The notes under the pieces are model-generated. The model was not told the origin of the DNA. It ran no database searches and was given only the letters and a program-made list of their open reading frames with translations. A program made the translations under genes and the position numbers. A stretch of 64,000 nt of DNA from Chiloscyllium plagiosum (Eukaryota), in the NCBI RefSeq assembly GCF_004010195.1, contig NC_057718.1, forward strand, positions 59,168,838 through 59,232,837, given 5' to 3'. Numbering within the stretch: the first letter of the stretch is position 1; the number at the start of each line of letters is the position of its first letter. Shown here one piece after another: positions 1 to 13,001 of this stretch.

Positions 1-420
1 ATTTGCCAGACTCATGGCTTGAACAGATGGATAATCTTATGAGGAATGGTTGAATAATCTAAGCTTGTATCCACTGGAGTTTAGAAAGTAAGAGGTAACT
101 TGTTTCAAACAATTAAGATCCTGAGAGTCTTGAAAGGGTAGATGTTTCCTAGAACTTAGAGGTCAATGTTTAAAAGTCAGGCTTTCTCCATTTATGACAA
201 AGATGAGGAATATTTTTTTTTACTTAGGTCATGAGTCTTTGGAACTCTCTTCCTCACAAAGTGGTGTTTGCAGAGCCATTAAATATTTTTAAAGGCAGAA
301 GTAGATAGATTTTTGATTACCAAAAAGGTTATTCTGGGTATTTGGGAATGTGGAGTAACGGATCAGCCATGATCTTACAGAAAAGCAGAGCAGGTTCAGG
401 AGCCAACTGGTCTACTTCAT
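1..420 (+). mobile_element. CR1/HER1-type LINE 3' fragment
   Basis: Degenerate CR1 ORF2 C-terminus and 3' tail (gatcagccatgatctt...), similar to the copy at 37240-37770. Confidence 0.75.
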
Positions 421-424
421 ACAT

Positions 425-1260
425 ACACTAGTAGTAAGGTAGAACCAAAAGGTTACAGTTAGACATGACCAAGCAGCAAGTATGTGCAGCACACCAGAGG
501 CAACATTAAACAAAGCACATGCATGAGGTTAATGGCAACACAGGCCTCAGTCAAGATTCACAGTAGAGAATTCTCCAACTAGAAAGAGAATATTTTCTAC
601 CTCATGAGTATGACATAATGCATGTGTGAAGTTAAATAGTTATAGGTATCAGACACCAAAAGAAAATAGTGATGCACACTTGCCAAAGTTAACACAAAGT
701 GTGCACTCCAAATTTCATCTAAAGTTCATCACAAGCAAATGAGAGTCAAAGCCAACATGAAGACAATCAGGTGTCTGATAATGCACACGATGCAAGTACA
801 CCGACAAAGCAAGAGCACCGAAGTAGTAGATCCAAATCACAGGAAGGTGATACTATCAGAAAGTCAGGAGGATGACTAAGCCACTTATACGCAGTATAAA
901 CTTCTAAATTCTTAAAATGATGAACACAAATCTATCCTTTGTGTAAGTAATTGCATTAACATCCTGTGTATGTATATTGACTCTCAAGGAAAGCCATGTT
1001 ACCTTTTGAAAAAAATGTTGCTATTGGACTCGAAGAAAATGTGAAAAAGATGTCTACATATCATTGAGGAACCAGGATGTAAATCAGCATATGACTAGCA
1101 GACTGTGTCCTGCTGTTCATATTGCTGTTGGTCGATGTGTGTGTTGAATCCCAAAACTAGACCTGTTTGTTCCTGTAATGTGTCTATAAATTAATTCTAA
1201 TCTTCAACTAAAGAGAACCCTGCAGCCAAACTAGAAAGAAGCAACTTTTATTTTGCAAAT
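425..1260 (+). mobile_element. Possible decayed LTR-retrotransposon 3' end
   Basis: A-rich coding-like debris ending in a purine tract followed by tgtt at about 997; no intact protein motif. Confidence 0.25.
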
Positions 1261-1284
1261 AGTTCATTTAATTAAAGTTTTTAA

Positions 1285-1690
1285 GGGGTGATTTCTGACA
1301 AATATTGTAGTCGCTAAGGAGAGGATTCAAAGCTGGATCACCTGATTAGTTTTCACTTAATGGAGGATACCACTATACCAGCTGAGTTGGAAGTCAGTGG
1401 TGGCAACAGCTGCCCAGAGGCTTGTGAGACCCACTTAAAATACTGGGGCCAGTGTTCTTAAAGAGTTGGACCAGAATACGGTTGACATGCTTCGATTCTA
1501 AGTGCTCATTCACTTTGTTCTTACTTAGAGGTTGCCAACCCCTATAGCATGCATTGCTTTTTAGCATAGAGGGAGAGGTGGGCAGTTTGTTATGGTTCAG
1601 AGCATTGAACAGATATGGGGGTGGACATGTCACTGTGTTTGAGAGTAAACATCTACAGATGGTGGATTTCAAGTACCACTTAAAGGGATA
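1285..1690 (+). mobile_element. Old interspersed repeat, possibly PIF/Harbinger-derived
   Basis: 1520-1635 is clearly similar to 6230-6345 (cttactt.gagg.tgcca...gcattgctttttagca...gagggagag..gggcag); family assignment is tentative. Confidence 0.4.
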
Positions 1691-2372
1691 CTCACCACTT
1701 ACAGGTAGAATCACAGTTGGAGTCTACAAGGTCCAATGTGCCATCATGAGCAAACATTTCTACTTCTGATTTACAATGGAGCGATGGTCAATAGTGCAGC
1801 ACCTGAAGTTGGCAGGACCTTGGGCACTCCCCTGAAAACCTCCTGTTGTGATGTCCTGGAATTGAGATGACTAGCCTCCAAAATCTTTTATTGTGCCTGG
1901 TATGAACTCAAGCAGGGAAGGGTTTGCTACTCCCAACACCTAGTAAAACTTCAATTTTCTTTGGGCTTTCGATGCCATGCTCAGACAATGCTGTCATGAT
2001 GTCAAGGGCAGTCGTGCTAAACTCACCTCTGGGAATTAGCTCTGTTGTCCATGTTTGGACCAAGGTTTGCAGCCAAAAAGGCCTGGTGCAGCCCAAATGG
2101 AACATGACAGGTTAATCAAGTGTTACTCAAATGTCACTACTGATGGCATCTTCCATCATTTAGCTAATAATCAAAACTAAACAGATGGGGTGGTAATCAG
2201 CAGAGGTCAGTTTGTCCTGCTTCTTATGGACAGGATGCACGTGGGCTATTTTTCACAAAGTTGAGTAGATGCCAATGTTGCAACTGTGCTGGAGGAGCTT
2301 GGCTTGAGGTATGGCTAGTCCTGGAGCACAAATCTTCAGCACTTTTGGATTATTGTCACCTATAACATTTGC
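1690..2372 (-). mobile_element. Non-LTR retrotransposon RT fragment (second LINE family); continues at about 4527-4870 beyond the Penelope insertion
   Basis: ORF 1908..2105 LVQTWTTELIPRGEFSTTALDI resembles an RT segment and is homologous to ORF 43725..43907. Confidence 0.7.
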
Positions 2373-4511
2373 ACCTATAACATCACCATCAAACCAGCTT
2401 TAAAGGGGTAGTTTGGCATACTGACCTCTACACCGCTGCCAACTCATACAAACACCCTCCTACCGCCCCCTCGACCATGACCCCACCCCCTATAACTAAA
2501 CCGTCATCTCCCAGACCATACAGAACCTCATCACATCAGGAGATCTCCCACCCACAGCTTCCAACCTCACAGTCAGGGAACCCCGCACTGCCCGACTCTA
2601 CCTCCTTCCCAAGATCCACAAGCCTGACCACCCTGGCCGATCTATTGTCACAGCATGCTCCTGCCCCACTGAACTCATATATACCTACCTCGACTCTGTC
2701 CTATCCAGGAACTCCCCACATACGTTCGAGACACCATCCATGCCCTCCACCTCCTCCAAGACTTCCGTTTCCCCGGCCCCCAACGTCTCATCTTCACCAT
2801 GGATATCCAATCCCTCTACACCTCGATCCGCCAGGACCACAGCCTCCAAGCCCTCAGGTTCTTTCTCTCCCGACGTCCCCAACAGTACCCTTCCACCGAC
2901 ACTCTCATTCGTTTGGCTGAACTGGTCCTCACCTTTAACAATTTCTCCTATGAATCCTCCCACTTCCTCCAGACCAAAGGGGTAGCGATGGGCACTCATA
3001 TGGGCCTCAGCTATACCTGGCTCTTTGTTGGCTACGTAGAACAGTCCATCTTCCGTAGTTACACTGGCACCACTTCCCACCTCTTCCTCCGCTACATTAA
3101 TGACTGCATTGGCGCCACCTTGTTCTCCCGCGAGGAGGTTGAGCAATTCATCAACTTTACCAACACATTTCACCCTGAACTTAAATTTACCTGGACCATT
3201 TCTGACACCTCCCTCCCCTTCCTGGACCTCTCCATCTCCATTAATGACGACCGACTTGACACTGACATTTTTTACAAACCCACCGACTCCCACAGCTATC
3301 TGGATTACACCTCTTCCCACCCTACCTCCTACAAAAATGCCATCCCATATTCCCAATTCCTCCGTCTCCACTGTATCTGCTCCCAGGAGGACCAGTTCCA
3401 CCACAGAACACACCAAATGGCCTCCTTCTTTAGAGACCGCAATTTCCCTTCCCACTTGGGTAAAGATGTCCTCCAATGCATCTCGTCCACATCCCGCACT
3501 TCCACCCTCAGACCCCACCCCTCCAACTGTAACAAGGACAGAACCCCCCGGTGCTCACCTTCCACCCTACCAACCTTTGCATAAACCAAATCATCCAATG
3601 ACATTTCTGCCACCTCCAAACGGACCCACCATCGAGGATATATTTCCCTCCCCACCCCTTTCCACCTTCCGCAAAGACTGTTTCCTCCGTGACTACCTAG
3701 TCAGGTCCACGCTCCCCAACAGCCCACCCTCCCATCCTGGCACCTTCCCCTGCCACCGCAGGAATTGCAAAACCTGTGCCCAAACCTCCTTCCTCACCTC
3801 CATCCAAGGCCCCAAAGGAGCCTTCCACATCCATCAAAGTTTTGCCTGCACATCCACCAATATCATTTATTGTATCTGTTGCTCCCGATGCAGTCTCCTC
3901 TACATTGGGGAGACTGGACGCCTCCTAGCACAGCGCTTTAGGGAACATCTCCGGGACACCCACATCAATCAATCCTACCACCCTGTGGCCCAACATTTCA
4001 ACTCCCCCTCCCACTCTGCCGAGGACATGCAGACCCTGGACCTCCTCCACCACCGCTCCCTCACCACCCGATGCCTGGAGGAAGAACACCTCATCTTCCG
4101 CCTCGGAACACTTCAACCCCAGGGCATCAATGTGGACTTCCCCAGTTTCCTCATTTCCCCTTCCCCCATCTCACCCAGCTCCAACCTTCCAGCTCAGCAC
4201 TGTCCCCATGACTTGTCCTACCTGCCTATCTTCCTTTCCACCTATCCACTCCACCCTCCTCTCTGACCTATCACCTCCATCCCCAGCCCCCATTCACCTA
4301 TTGTACTCTATGCTACTTTCTCCACACCCCACCCCCCTCTCATTTATCTCTCCACTCTGTCGGCACCCTGCCTCTATTCCTGATGAAGGGCTTTTGCCGA
4401 AACTTCGATTTTCCTGCTCTTCGGAATGCTGCCTGACCTGCTGTGCTTTTCCAGCACCACTCTCATCAGCACCACTCTCATCTAGACTCTGGTTTCCAGC
4501 ATCTTGTTTTT
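2373..4511 (+). mobile_element. Penelope-like retroelement (Neptune-type), 5'-truncated and frameshifted: RT + Cys linker + GIY-YIG endonuclease + terminal repeat
   Basis: MDIQSLYTSI, QTKGVAMGT, LRYIND (catalytic D to N), PFLD, YKPTD; CHRRNCKTC linker; IIYCI..C..LYIGETGR..RFREH; 15-bp TSD acctataacatttgc at 2358-2372 and 4512-4526. Confidence 0.95.
4376..4411 (+). ncRNA. Minimal hammerhead-ribozyme-like motif in the Penelope terminal repeat
   Basis: CTGATGA-A-GGGC-TTTT-GCC-GAAA-CTTC: conserved core boxes flanking stem II; activity untested. Confidence 0.65.
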
Positions 4512-5322
4512 ACCTATAACATTTGCTGTGTTCAGTGCTTTTAACATTTCTTTATAATGCAGAGCGAATCAAATTGTCCGACTGGCAACTATCATGTTAC
4601 CGTTCGCAGGAGAAAACTGAATCATCCACTCAGCACCTTTGGCTGAAGATGGTTCCAAATGTTCAGCCTCATCTTTTTTAACGACATGTTGGGCTTTCCA
4701 TCACTGAGGATGGAGATGCTTGTACAGAATCCTCCCTCCTGTTAGCTGTTTAAATGTCCACCACCACTCAGGACTGGATGTGGCAAGACTGCAGGTCTCT
4801 GATTTGATTAATTGGTTGAGAGATCACTTAGCTCTGTTAATTAAGTGCTGGCTCCACCTTTTTACATGTGTTTACACCTATTCTGCAGCTTCTATCTACT
4901 GTAGCTAAAATTAATCTTGTTTTCACTCAATATCTGTTTGCATATATTCACCAACACAACTTATTCCATAATAAAAGGAATCCTCAGAAATTTGTCCCAT
5001 GGATAAAGCTGAGAACATCTTTGCTCTATATGGTCCAGCACTGTATCATTTCTTGAGAAACTGGTGATAATGTGACAATAATTTTAAATAACTAATGTTA
5101 CGCCCTTTCTAAGGAAAGGAACTATGCTTTCACTTAACTTTTAAAATAGTCTTGTTGAATTTAAAATGGCTCCTGGCAAACACAAAATGGGCCAGTTGTC
5201 TGCTTTTGGAAACTTCCAGTGATTAACAAGAAAAAAGCTAGCTCTTTGTCTCGCTGGTACATTTCATCTCCCACATTTCTATGAATATTACAGTAAAACT
5301 TACACAAAGAAACATCAAACAA

Positions 5323-6440
5323 TGGGTGGAATTTTCCCATGAGCGGTGTTAGCTATGGCGAGAAAGTTGAGAATATATGGAGAAAACTTAAAAATCAGAA
5401 CATCACCATCAAAAAAGAAATTTCAATTTTCCCTTTAGACAGCAATGTCAGCATCTCATTAATGGGTGGTGACTACCATTTTTCATTTTGTTATTAGCTG
5501 AAGTCACCATATTTCTTTGAAGTTCCTAATTCTTCCCTCTTTCTCTGAGAAACCAGGCAGTGCCAGTTCCAAATATGAAGGCCAAAGCGGTAATCTGGCA
5601 GCAGCAATTAACAATCAGCTTGTCCAGACCCTCATCCAACTCTGTTCTCACTCACAATGGCCCTGCATGCTCCAAGGATATGGTCATCTTCCACAAGTCA
5701 CCACCAGCATACCTCCATCCTCACCGCATCATCAGCCCAATCTCAAACAACTTCACACCATGTTTTTTTTATTCATTCACAGGACGAGGCTGTCACTGGC
5801 CAAGCCAATTTATTACCTATCCCTAATTGCCCAGAGAGCATTTAAGAGTCAACCACATTGTTGTGGTTCTGGAGTCACATGTAGATTCCTTCCCTAAAGG
5901 ACATTAGTGAACCAGATGGGTTTTTCCAACAATCGACAATAGATTCAGGGTCATCATTAGACACTTACTTCCAGATTTTACTGAATTCAAATTACACCAC
6001 CTGCTGTGGCAGGTTTGAACCTAGGTTCCCAGAGCATTACCTGGGTCTGTGGATTAACAGTCTAGCAATAATACCAGTGGCCATTGCTTCCCATGTCATG
6101 AACTCCCACATGTTGGGACATATGTACCTTTTTCACTTTGCATACAGCAAGACACACACATCTAATGCATCTACATATGTTAGATCTTACAATTCTTAGT
6201 TTCAATTCTTACTGTTCACTGACTTTCTGCTTACTTGGAGGCTGCCAGCTCCTGGAGCTTGCATTGCTTTTTAGCACTGAGGGAGAGTCGGGCAGCTTGT
6301 CATGTTCGGAGCACTGATCAGTCAAGGTATTGAACATATCATGGTTCAGTGCCATGTTTCAACAATGTGTCATCTATAGAACATGCCAGCAGCTTCCACA
6401 GTAGAAATGCTGCACACATTTTAAACAAATGACCATGTGT
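5323..6440 (+). mobile_element. Old interspersed repeat, possibly PIF/Harbinger-derived, interrupted by a SINE
   Basis: Starts gggtggaattttccc (TIR-like); shares a segment with 1520-1635. Confidence 0.4.
5763..6092 (-). mobile_element. tRNA-derived SINE (family B)
   Basis: tRNA-like head at the right end on the minus strand, gaatgaataaaaaaa tail; paralogous to 12001-12395. Confidence 0.8.
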
Positions 6441-7689
6441 GAGTGTGAGAGAAGCAATGTTTAGTTCAGTCATTCCAGACCAGGGGGTTGACTCTGGTAA
6501 GTCAGGCATTTGATCCGACCAGTGTCTGCGGATTTATGTCTTTGCAGTCCAGAATTGGTTCTGCAAGTCAAACACAACCAGTCCAGGGATTATAAACTAG
6601 ACGTTGTAAAAATTGGACTTCACAAACAGAGGGTTTAGGGGAACATACCACAGCCTATCTCAAAAGAGAAAAATGAAACAAAACAAAAATCTTTTACAAA
6701 CAGAAGGGGAGGATCATAAAATTAACTCCAAGCTGGTGTGGATAGAGAGGTGCAAAGAGATTTTATACAAAACTTGAAAAACATCCTGCTGCACATAGAT
6801 CACAAATCTTATGACAATTTCCAAAAACAAGTGAAAGCTAGCGTATTATGCTGGAGTTCACTCCTGCAAACATTTAACCTCAAAAAATATTCATGTTGGC
6901 TGATAGCCAATCCTCTTTGATAGTATCAGGGGCATCACATTTTCTGCAATAAGATCAGTCATTTTGAAAATCTGACATTTCTAGTACATTGTTTGCCTTT
7001 TTTGTATTACAGCTTCCTTTGGAAAAGCACTTTCACCTTTGTTCTTTAGAAATTGGCTTGCTAAACTTTTCTCAGATTATTTTCATATCGCCCAACTACC
7101 GAATTCAAAATTCATTTACAATTTAGTTAGGTTTGTTTAATTTATGCTGACAGTTTCAACTTCTCCATTTAACTGCATCACTCTGGAATTTGACACTAAT
7201 CTTCTAATCTATGTCGGGAAAATGTTTGCTCCCTCCTTGATATATTCTTTAATTTCATATTTATTCATATTTTCCACTTCTGTAGCCATCACTCTAAAGT
7301 CATATTCTCAGAACCTGCTATATCCTTTATCATAATTACTGATATTCAGGTGTCACCAAACTGTAGATTTCCCCCAGTCTCAGTTAACTTCCAGATACTG
7401 AACCATATGCAGCCTGTTTTTTACGAATGAGAACAAGGAATAAATGTTGTAAAGTTTTAAAAGTTCAGCTGTCATTTAGGATTACAATTGTTTGAATGCC
7501 AGTTTATATTCCTTGTCTATTTCTGTTAATTTGTTTGACTGTAATTGTTTAAGAATTTAATCCTGATGACAAGATCATCTGTATAGGAGCAGATTACTTT
7601 GTGATTTAGACAGTGTGCTGAAGCTCAATTAACATCAGTTAATATCATTATTGACCCAGTGTGTTACAGCTTCAGATAGGTGTGTATTT

Positions 7690-7890
7690 TATATTGAAGT
7701 ATATATGAGCAAAAGAGAGGATAAATGAAAAGAAAAGAAAAGGAGAATAAGTAAAGTAAAAGAGTGAGTGGATAAATGAGAATGAACAAGGGTAAATGAG
7801 AGTGAATGAATGAGTATAAAGTGAGTATGAGGGTAAATGAATGAATGAGAGGTGGAATAACTGAGTTTGATTGTGTGAGAGGATAAAATT
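7690..7890. repeat. GA-rich low-complexity / degenerate (GAGT/GAAT)n tract
   Basis: Repeated gagtga, gaatga and taaatga units. Confidence 0.7.
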
Positions 7891-7939
7891 CTGTGATTAG
7901 GAATATGTGCTCTTGGTCACATAAATTCAGTTCTTCTAA

Positions 7940-8745
7940 CAGGAGAACTAGAAGCAGGAGCAGGCCGTCTGGTCCTTCAATCCCAGTGCACCATTCAACA
8001 TGATCAGGACTAATCTCTTCATGGCCTCAGCTCCACTTACCCATCCTCTCACCACAACCCTTCATTCACTGTTCAAAAAATGATCTATCTTAGCTTTAAA
8101 AACATTTACTGAGGAAGCTTCAACTATTTCACTGGGCAGGGAATTTCATAGATTCATAACCCTCTGAGTGAAGAATTTCCTTCTCAATTTAGTCCTAAAT
8201 CTGCTCCCCCTAATTTTGAGGCTATGCCCTTTTGTCCTAGTTTCACCTTCCAGTGGAAACATCCTCTATACTTCTATTTTATCTATTTCCTTCAAAATTT
8301 TATATGTTTCTCTTAAGATTCCCCCCCAACCCATTCTTCAAAATTCCAATGAATATAATCCCAGTGCGCTCAATCTCTCCTCATAAGCCAACCCCCTCAA
8401 CTCTGAATCAACCTCTTGAACCTCCTCTGCACACCCTCTAGTGCCAGTACATCCTTTCTCAAGTAAGGAGACCAAAACTGCACGCAGTACTCCAGGTGTG
8501 ACCTCACCAGCACCCTATAAACCTGCAACATAACCTCCCTGCTTTTAAACCCAATCCCAACAGAATATGATTTGCCTTCTTAATTACCTGTTGTACCTCC
8601 GGACCAACCTTCTGCGATTCATGCACAAGAATACCCAGGTCCCTCTGCACAGCAGCATGCTGCATTTCTTTTACCATTCAAGCAATAGTCCTTCTTACTG
8701 TTATTCCTACCGAAATGGATGATTTCACATTTATTAACATTATTC
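7940..8745 (-). mobile_element. CR1/HER1-type LINE 3' fragment
   Basis: Reverse complement encodes ..LVRSHLEYCVQFWSPYLRKDVLALE.. and the CR1 3' tail. Confidence 0.9.
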
Positions 8746-9586
8746 TCTTGATGTTATCAGTATAAAACATTTAAACAAAGTGTTTTTAAAAAGAGCAGTA
8801 CAGGAAAACACTGGTCCTAGTTAATTCGAATTCTTTTTATAACAGTGAATTTCAAAATGATCTAAATTTTGAAAGTTCTCCTTTAAAGTTTGAAGTCAAT
8901 AGATATAACAGGCAGTTTCTAGAAATTGTTTTCTATAGGATTCGGGGTATATAATCATTTAAAGCAAACAGCTAAAATCCAAGTGACTCAGCCAAACTCT
9001 ATAAACCTAAGTCCTTGATTGCCTTAGCCACTTGTTCAGCTATTTGAATACTTTGTGAAGTTTTGAGATGCTTATTAGGTTAATGGCTCCAGACAAGTGT
9101 AAGATTGAAATGGGTTAACACCATGGCTAAAGTAGCAGAGAAAGGAATTATACATGAATATGTTAATGGCCCTTACATTAATATCTCATATTGTAATTTC
9201 AAGGCTCATGTTCTTGAGGTGCCCCATGCTGCTCATTGATTAAGACAGAAAATTCATTCCTGATCCTTTGCAAGTGCTATTCTATGTTAAATTCTCTAAG
9301 AAGCATATTATATTGGCCATCTCTCCATCCAGTATTCCAAAAAGGAATTCTCCCTCTTTTAATTCACAGAAGTCGAGAAATCCTTTGGTCCACAATAAAT
9401 TGAAATTAAATATTTGGAGATCTCATAGCAGGCAAAATCAAAAACCTGGTAAAAGTGCAGGCACGTTGTGCTGTATCATCATCAGTATAGAGTATTACCA
9501 TAGATAAACTGTGACAAAATATATCAGAAAGCACACATCCATTAATTTCATCATACTGGAAACTGAAATAAAATGTAACTACTTAC

Positions 9587-9759
9587 ATTTTGAATTTTGT
9601 GATTTGAAGGTACGTTCTTAAAATTTTCCGTATCAAATAGAAACTGAGAATCCATGCACTTATATCGGCTGTTCAATAAGATTTTGCGTAGTTTCTGATA
9701 TTGTGGCTTTTCTTCATACTTCAGAGTGCTCACATAACAGAAATAGTTGATTATTTCAC
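9587..9759 (-). CDS. VRK2: VRK-family kinase exon (173 bp): (S)EIINYFCYVSTLKYEEKPQYQKLRKILLNSRYKCMDSQFLFDTENFKNVPSNHKIQN
   Basis: Within ORF 9551..9775; cttacag acceptor, gtaagt donor; LxYxEKPxYxxLRKIL end-of-kinase motif; phase 1/0. Confidence 0.9.
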
Positions 9760-10747
9760 CTGTAAGACCATTCAAGGATACAAATTAGGAAAACAAATAT
9801 CTGATTTAATGAGTGCATTTAATAATTAGGACTATCCATTTATTCTGATAGTGAATTCTCCAGCCAAACTGAAACATAGCAGTCTGTTCTCCATCAAGAG
9901 TTTATATCACAGTCAATATTATCAGGAAGATTTTATATGCTAAAATGTCTAAGGCAGCCTTTACATTTATACGCAAGAATAAGTGCTCCTAACCTTACCA
10001 AATTTAGTGATGCAATGTAAAGGGATTGGCAATGCCTTAGAGAATAACATAAATAAGACTAGTCAGCCTGAGACTGTGGCATAACATCGGATTCAATGCA
10101 ATAACAAAAAGATATTAAACATACACATAATTGATCACGAGTTGAAACTAACAGGGGACTGGGCTCCTAAATCTTTGCACCTGCCTCTAATTTACAGAAA
10201 TCATGACTCCATGCTGCCTGCATATTCTAAATTGTGAGCAAGGGATTTGAGAGCAGCTTCGACCCAAAGCTGCCAAATGTCAAATCTAAAAATCCACAGC
10301 ATCGTAAATATAAAAAATAGAACACCAAGAAAATGTATTTAAAAATAATGGCATAGGAATATTATGATTCTTTTAATCAAATGCAGCCAAGCATTTGTTT
10401 CTTTAGTATCTGTGAAGTTTGTCTCCATCGGAAGTTAAGCATTTTGTTCAGCAATTTATTTTGAAATAGCTTCTCCATATTTTTGACTGGCTATGTCCTG
10501 TACACTATATGATTATAAGTAAAATCTTTCTGCTGACCACAGCATATGCTTTTGGAAAACTATTCTATCAGTAAAACATTCAGTGTTGCTGGCATCAGTA
10601 CCAAAACTTTGTGTTGCAACCATTACGTTTTCTCTGCATCTGTCATTGTGAACATTTCTCAGCCGGACACACACAAAAACTGATCATAATGGCAAGTGAC
10701 CTTTCAGCTCACTGTGATTATAATTAAAATAGAGTTGCTCCTTAACA

Positions 10748-10893
10748 ATAATATAGTAATATCATCATCTTGTGCGGGCATAACTGGCCCTGAGGTACTC
10801 ATTACTAGACCAAGTGAAGCAAGGGATGGTAATGAGCACCTCAGGGCCAGTAATGACCATAATCCTTGAACAAAATGATGTTATCACTATTAT
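10748..10893. repeat. Long hairpin repeat, Crypton/Eulor-like
   Basis: 27-bp inverted arms at 10779-10805 and 10829-10855 (2 mismatches) plus outer arms at about 10753-10766 and 10877-10890. Confidence 0.7.
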
Positions 10894-11759
10894 CAATCTA
10901 TGTGGCCTTATTCTGTCTTCTATACTTGTAACAATGCTATTTTTCACAATTTTTGCATTCCAAAGGCATTTAATTTAATTCTTAGCACTTCAATAATACA
11001 GGTTATAACTTCTATCAGTGATCCATTTAAACCAGAGTGCTTCACTAGTGGTGCACATAGTCAGTTATTACAGACATTCCAAATGTTCTCATTATATTGT
11101 GCAGCATGCTGCAATACAAAGACCCTGATTTTCCCCATGATAGAAAACATCTTCACCATGGCAAAAATACTAGAAGTCCGGAAAGCCAAGACCTGCATCA
11201 AAACCTGACATTTCTCACATTTTCCAGGGTATGCTGAGCTTCTTATGTGCCAGGTAACTGAAGGCAGCTGACCATTTAAACTATCCACATACATATTATA
11301 TCAGCTCTGTAGAGCTGAATCTGTGTAAAATATGCATAAATCTCCTGGAACTATCCATTCTTGCCAACAAGTGTCATACTACAAAGAAGTGTCAAGATGT
11401 ATGTTTATGAATGAGTGTGCTTTTCTCAATAAAGTGCAGTCTGCAGCATAGAAATTTAAGAACTGCAACTTTTTTTTTCCACACAATGATCACGGACATT
11501 ACAAACATAAATGAGTTGACATAGTTCTATAAAGATGCCTCCGGAATCATGCCAATGTTGGATAATAGGTGAATCAACATGAAGAAAGCAGCGTAAAGGA
11601 TCGTGGGTGGGAGTTAAGAGTTAGTACTGAGTTGTACACAGATCATAGGGCAAAAAGAGATCTTGGGAATGATTGGGGCCAGATGGGATATGGGAGGTCA
11701 AGGGAAACAGTATATGGGCACAGGTGGTACAGTGGTTATGAGGATCCATGGGGATGGAT

Positions 11760-12485
11760 AATCTTTAAACTTTAACCACAGTGTGGATGGGGGTATGACA
11801 TGGCAATTTAAAAATAAAGGGTCTCTCATGTAAAGTGGAAGTGAAGTTTTTTTTTGCCTTTCAGAAGGTTGCAAGTCTCAGAACTAACTTCCGCGGACAT
11901 CACTAAAGCTAAGAGTCATAGAATAATTTTACAGCAGAGGTAGATTGACTGTTTTGTTGGTCAAGAATCTATGCTTATTGGTAGTATGCAGGAATGTGTT
12001 GTTTTATTTAAATTCATTCACAAGAAGAGGGCATCACGAGTTAGGGAAGCATTTATTGCCCAGCCCAGAGGGCACTGCCACGGTTCTGTAGTCACATGGA
12101 TGGCAGTGTCCTTCTGTAAATGATATTAGTGAACCAGGTACATTTTTCCTGACAATCATGGTCATTATTAGATTCATAATTCCAGATTTTTACTGAATTC
12201 AAATTCTATTATCTACCATGGCAGGATTCAAATGCAGATCCCTAGAACATTACCTGAGTCTAATGAAGAGCTCCAGCCCGAAATGTCAATTTTCCTGCTC
12301 TTCAGATGCTGCCTGACCTGCTGTGCTTTTCCAGCAACACACTCTCATATCTGGATTAATAGTCTGGTGATAATACCACTAGGCCATTACCTCCCCAACT
12401 ATAATTAGAGGCCATAATCAGATTAGTCATTATCTTACTAAATGGAGGAGCAGGCCCAACAAGGTCAAATAATCTTCTACATCTT
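11760..12485 (+). mobile_element. Old CR1 3' fragment split by a SINE
   Basis: CR1 tail sequence at about 11760-12000 resumes at about 12400-12485. Confidence 0.6.
12001..12395 (-). mobile_element. tRNA-derived SINE (family B) containing a Penelope terminal-repeat insertion at about 12260-12350 (+)
   Basis: Paralogous to 5763-6092; insert reads ctaatgaagagctccagcccgaaatgtc...ccagcaacacactctc. Confidence 0.8.
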
Positions 12486-13001
12486 CTAAATCTTTTATTC
12501 ATAGGTTCATAAGTTAGTAGCCAGAGGAAGAATGCTGGCACCTAGACTGCTGTTGCTGAGAATGATGGTAGGCCTTCTAACCAGCTCACCTCAGTACACT
12601 CACTCCAAGCACACTGCATTGCGGTTTGTTTTTAAACTGCTCACTGCCTTAGCGAGAGAAATCAAGAATCCCAAGTAAGGTCAAACATGAGGCAGGTATG
12701 GGTTTCTCAAACAGTAAAAGGACTGGAATCGCATTTTGCAAACCGGAGATGAATATCCCAGATGTAGTAGCTGCCTGAATGAGGGGCAGAGGTAACGGAA
12801 AACACATCGGCACTGGTATTGATGATGTCATTCTTTTTTTCCCCAATGCTAAGCACCACATTATTTTGGTTCATGATAAATGTTGAATAAAGAACATGCA
12901 TTATTTGCTCTGCAAACAATATGATTGAAAAGACTAAAAGCTTGGAATAGTTCAGCTACTGAGCCCATGTAGGTCTGTACAGTGCACTTAGTTCTATAGG
13001 A

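Noticed and set aside
1003..1183. Exon-like segment on the minus strand (tttatag...gtaac) as a downstream VRK2 exon
   Set aside because: Stops in all three frames from the acceptor, no transmembrane tail or recognisable similarity; may be LTR sequence.
2685..3518. 277-aa minus-strand ORF and other long overlapping ORFs here and at 45452-47000
   Set aside because: Antisense or alternate-frame shadows of C-rich Penelope sequence.
1..9500. FANCL 3' exons expected near the VRK2 3' end
   Set aside because: No RING-finger coding exon found on the plus strand; probably outside the window.
9551..9586. Read-through of the 173-bp exon giving a short alternative C-terminus (VSSYILFQFPV*)
   Set aside because: A strong gtaagt donor is present and no convincing poly(A) signal; needs transcript evidence.
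9998..10034. 37-nt AG...GT segment as the missing kinase exon
   Set aside because: Wrong phase and no similarity; the 59-bp exon at 13998-14056 fits exactly.
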